DNA of 64,000 bases from Minisyncoccota bacterium (GTDB lineage Bacteria; Patescibacteriota; Minisyncoccia; Phycocordibacterales; JABMNX01): NCBI GenBank assembly GCA_026195275.1, contig JAPHQU010000001.1:12318-76317 (forward strand), in the 5' to 3' direction. A program made the translations under genes and the position numbers. Shown here in pieces: positions 61,915 through 64,000 of this stretch; the first letter of the stretch is position 1; every line of letters begins with the position of its first letter. The notes under the pieces are model-generated. The model saw only the letters and a list, made by a program, of their open reading frames with translations, ran no database searches and was not told where the DNA came from.

Positions 61915-62526
61915 CTATTGTTCTATGTTTAGTGATCCGGCGGCCACCTGCTCGGTGTACTCGAGCTCAGATGGGTCAAGAATCGCCGTTACATTAAAGA
62001 CAGCTCTTCCTTCTTGATTGATGTTTAGGTTTGAGAATATCGGCTCACGGATCATTCTGCTCTTCCCGAAGATGTCAGCCTGAAGTGCAACCCCGCTGAA
62101 ATCATCAGCCACTCCCTTCATGCTGATACTGATACGCCCTTCGCCAATACGCGTTAGACTGAACTCACTGAAACGCACACTCTTGAGCGTAAGCCCTTCG
62201 AGCTCTTCGAAAAATGCAGAGGGGCTCAAGTGTTCATCAAGAATGCCTTCTGCTTCCTTGATCCGTGAATCAAGCCGAACAAGCTCACGGATAAGTGCCG
62301 GCTCAAACGCAGCCTGGGCACGCGTAAGAGTCTCTGACTTACGGGTAATACTGGCATCAAGCAACTGCGCGTAGAGAAATGTGCCAACAGAGAGCACTAC
62401 CGCACCAAGCGCAAGGGTTAGCGCAAGAAGAGAGAGGATGCCGAGCGAACCGGCACGTCGTTTCTCTACCGTTGCGGCGGCGAGAGTCTTCTTGGGGATG
62501 AATGATGTCCGGAATTTCGGCTCCAT
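61915..62526 (-). CDS. PilN-like pilus assembly protein
   Basis: Short cytoplasmic N-terminus, a single TM (LGILSLLALTLALGAVVLSV), and a periplasmic coiled coil. Directly downstream of pilM. Confidence 0.5.
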   Translation of the reverse strand: MEPKFRTSFIPKKTLAAATVEKRRAGSLGILSLLALTLALGAVVLSVGTFLYAQLLDASITRKSETLTRAQAAFEPALIRELVRLDSRIKEAEGILDEHLSPSAFFEELEGLTLKSVRFSEFSLTRIGEGRISISMKGVADDFSGVALQADIFGKSRMIREPIFSNLNINQEGRAVFNVTAILDPSELEYTEQVAAGSLNIEQ

Positions 62527-62556
62527 ACTCTGTAATAAATGTACCTTATTGGTCTA

Positions 62557-63705
62557 TTATTTAAGCTCTTCGAGTTTGCGAAGTGCGGCACCAACCGCGA
62601 CAGCGAACTCCGGCCCAACCTGCTTCAAAACGTTTTCAAGGAATGCGGGTGTTTGTGTCTTTGCGAACGGATCTGCGATGATGACATCGGTACTAAAGTG
62701 ATTTTTTGCTTCTTCTTGCAATCCTTTCAGTACCGCACCACCTCCAGTGAATATTACTTTGCCAATACTGCGATTATACTTTCGCTGGTAATTTAATAGT
62801 ACCCTATTCGCTTGTGAAAATATATATTCAAGTGTTAATAAAATAGTTTTGCGCGTCTGCGGATTGTTAGTGTCATTCAATAGCCCAACCTCACGCTTTG
62901 TTTTCTCTGCATTAATAACACTTGTGCTGTCCGAGCGCGAGAGCGCGAGGGTAATATCTTGCGACCCCTTGTTAATGAGGTGCGATACCTTCACGATACC
63001 GAACTCAACGATGTACACTTTGGTGGATGCTGCACCAATATCGATGACCATGACTGGCTCAACCCCCTGTCCGAGAACCGCGCGAATGGTACTAAAGATC
63101 TCTATCTCGTAAAAAGAGACATCGAGCCCAACATCCTTTAATACCTGCTGATATTTATTGAGTGTCTCCTTATGTATCGCAACAAGGAGTACCTGGACCT
63201 TCTCTTGAGCTGACGCGCTCTGCTCTGCCTCTTCTCTCGAGAGATACTGCTCCTCTTCTTCGGGGATAACGAACCAGTCGAGCGTTACCTCAGAAATCGG
63301 GACAGGGATATATTTACGAGCTTCAATCGGTATCATATTCGCGAGTTGTCCTTTATCCACCTTCGGAAGTGTGATCACGGTAATAAGGCTCGCACTAAAC
63401 GGTATCGAAACGCCGCAGGAAGTTGCGGTAACGTTCGCCTCCGCAATAATATCCTTGAGTGCTTCAGCGAGTTTCTCGGGCGACAGGTTTGTCGCACGAC
63501 CCACCTCCATATCGGCATAAGGACCGAGGGCGAGCTCACCATAGGTCTCTAAAACTGCGGTACCTCGTCTACGCTTAAGCTGTACCACTTTGATCGAAGA
63601 CGATCCAACATCAACACCGAGGATGCTTTTCGTGTCCTTGCCGGGCACCAACGATTGAAAGAGAGAGGTTGCCGTCTGAACGATTGTCTGTAGGGGGTTT
63701 TCCAT
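62557..63705 (-). CDS. pilM: Type IV pilus assembly protein PilM (actin-like ATPase fold)
   Basis: ILGVDVGSSSIKVVQLKRRRG N-terminal phosphate-1 motif. DIGAASTKV. 382 aa. Confidence 0.8.
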   Translation of the reverse strand: MENPLQTIVQTATSLFQSLVPGKDTKSILGVDVGSSSIKVVQLKRRRGTAVLETYGELALGPYADMEVGRATNLSPEKLAEALKDIIAEANVTATSCGVSIPFSASLITVITLPKVDKGQLANMIPIEARKYIPVPISEVTLDWFVIPEEEEQYLSREEAEQSASAQEKVQVLLVAIHKETLNKYQQVLKDVGLDVSFYEIEIFSTIRAVLGQGVEPVMVIDIGAASTKVYIVEFGIVKVSHLINKGSQDITLALSRSDSTSVINAEKTKREVGLLNDTNNPQTRKTILLTLEYIFSQANRVLLNYQRKYNRSIGKVIFTGGGAVLKGLQEEAKNHFSTDVIIADPFAKTQTPAFLENVLKQVGPEFAVAVGAALRKLEELK

Positions 63706-63800
63706 AACACTTAGTATAAAGTTAAACCTTGAAAGTTGAAAGTGGATGACAATAAGAGGAGGGTTTAAAAAACTGGAATATTCTCTGTTATGCTAGATAC

Positions 63801-64000
63801 ATGATGCACTCCTTTTTCGAGAGATTGTTCAACCTTATATTTCCGCCGACAGCGATTGAGCGAGAGATCCGCTCACTCACACCAGCATCGCTCGCCGAGA
63901 GGTTTAACCCAATCGAAGCGCATGGCGTAACTGCACTCTTCTCGTACCATGATCCGCTGATTAAACAGATGGTCTGGCGTCTTAAATATAAAAATGACCG
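63801..64000 (+). CDS. ComF-family (phosphoribosyltransferase-type competence) protein, N-terminal fragment; continues beyond the window
   Basis: MMHSFFERLFNLIFPPTAIE resembles the ComFC N-terminus (LLxLLFPP...). Divergent from the pilus operon. Weak because only 66 aa are visible. Confidence 0.45.
   Translation, partial: MMHSFFERLFNLIFPPTAIEREIRSLTPASLAERFNPIEAHGVTALFSYHDPLIKQMVWRLKYKND

Overview
Compact, gene-dense bacterial window (about 90% coding, mostly minus strand) with no rRNA, CRISPR array, integrase or transposase detected by eye. Gene content (type IV competence-pilus cluster plus ComF, small proteins, Lys/Thr-rich basic tails on enzymes, few biosynthetic genes) suggests a Patescibacteria/CPR-like reduced genome; this is inference. 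Housekeeping content includes class II-like RNR, GroES/GroEL, SecG, RNase J, TypA, PyrG, FtsEX, RF2, GatCA, LigA, MsrB, HtpX, pseudouridine synthase, MutY-like and Nth glycosylases, a MacB/HlyD-type efflux set, and a full T4P assembly cluster (pilMNO, pilB, pilT, pilC, pilA, pilD and four minor pilins). RNA genes not in the ORF track: an RNase P RNA (rnpB, 3418-3814) and seven tRNAs (Ser-GGA, Gln-CTG, Thr-CGT, Thr-GGT, two CAT, Asp-GTC). The most interesting part is an accessory stretch (about 30.3-42.6 kb), which is AT-richer by eye. It holds a Sau3AI/MutH-like endonuclease plus m5C methyltransferase pair followed by an uncharacterised P-loop NTPase, together with RadC, a GIY-YIG protein, a zeta-toxin-family kinase with a downstream mini-ORF, and a Pif1/RecD-type helicase. 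It ends at a tRNA-Gln locus that looks split or duplicated into halves, and a second tRNA locus (Met) also carries a partial 5' duplicate. Both HhH glycosylases appear to lack complete Fe-S cysteine ligand sets. All protein calls rest on motif recognition by eye; none was checked by search.
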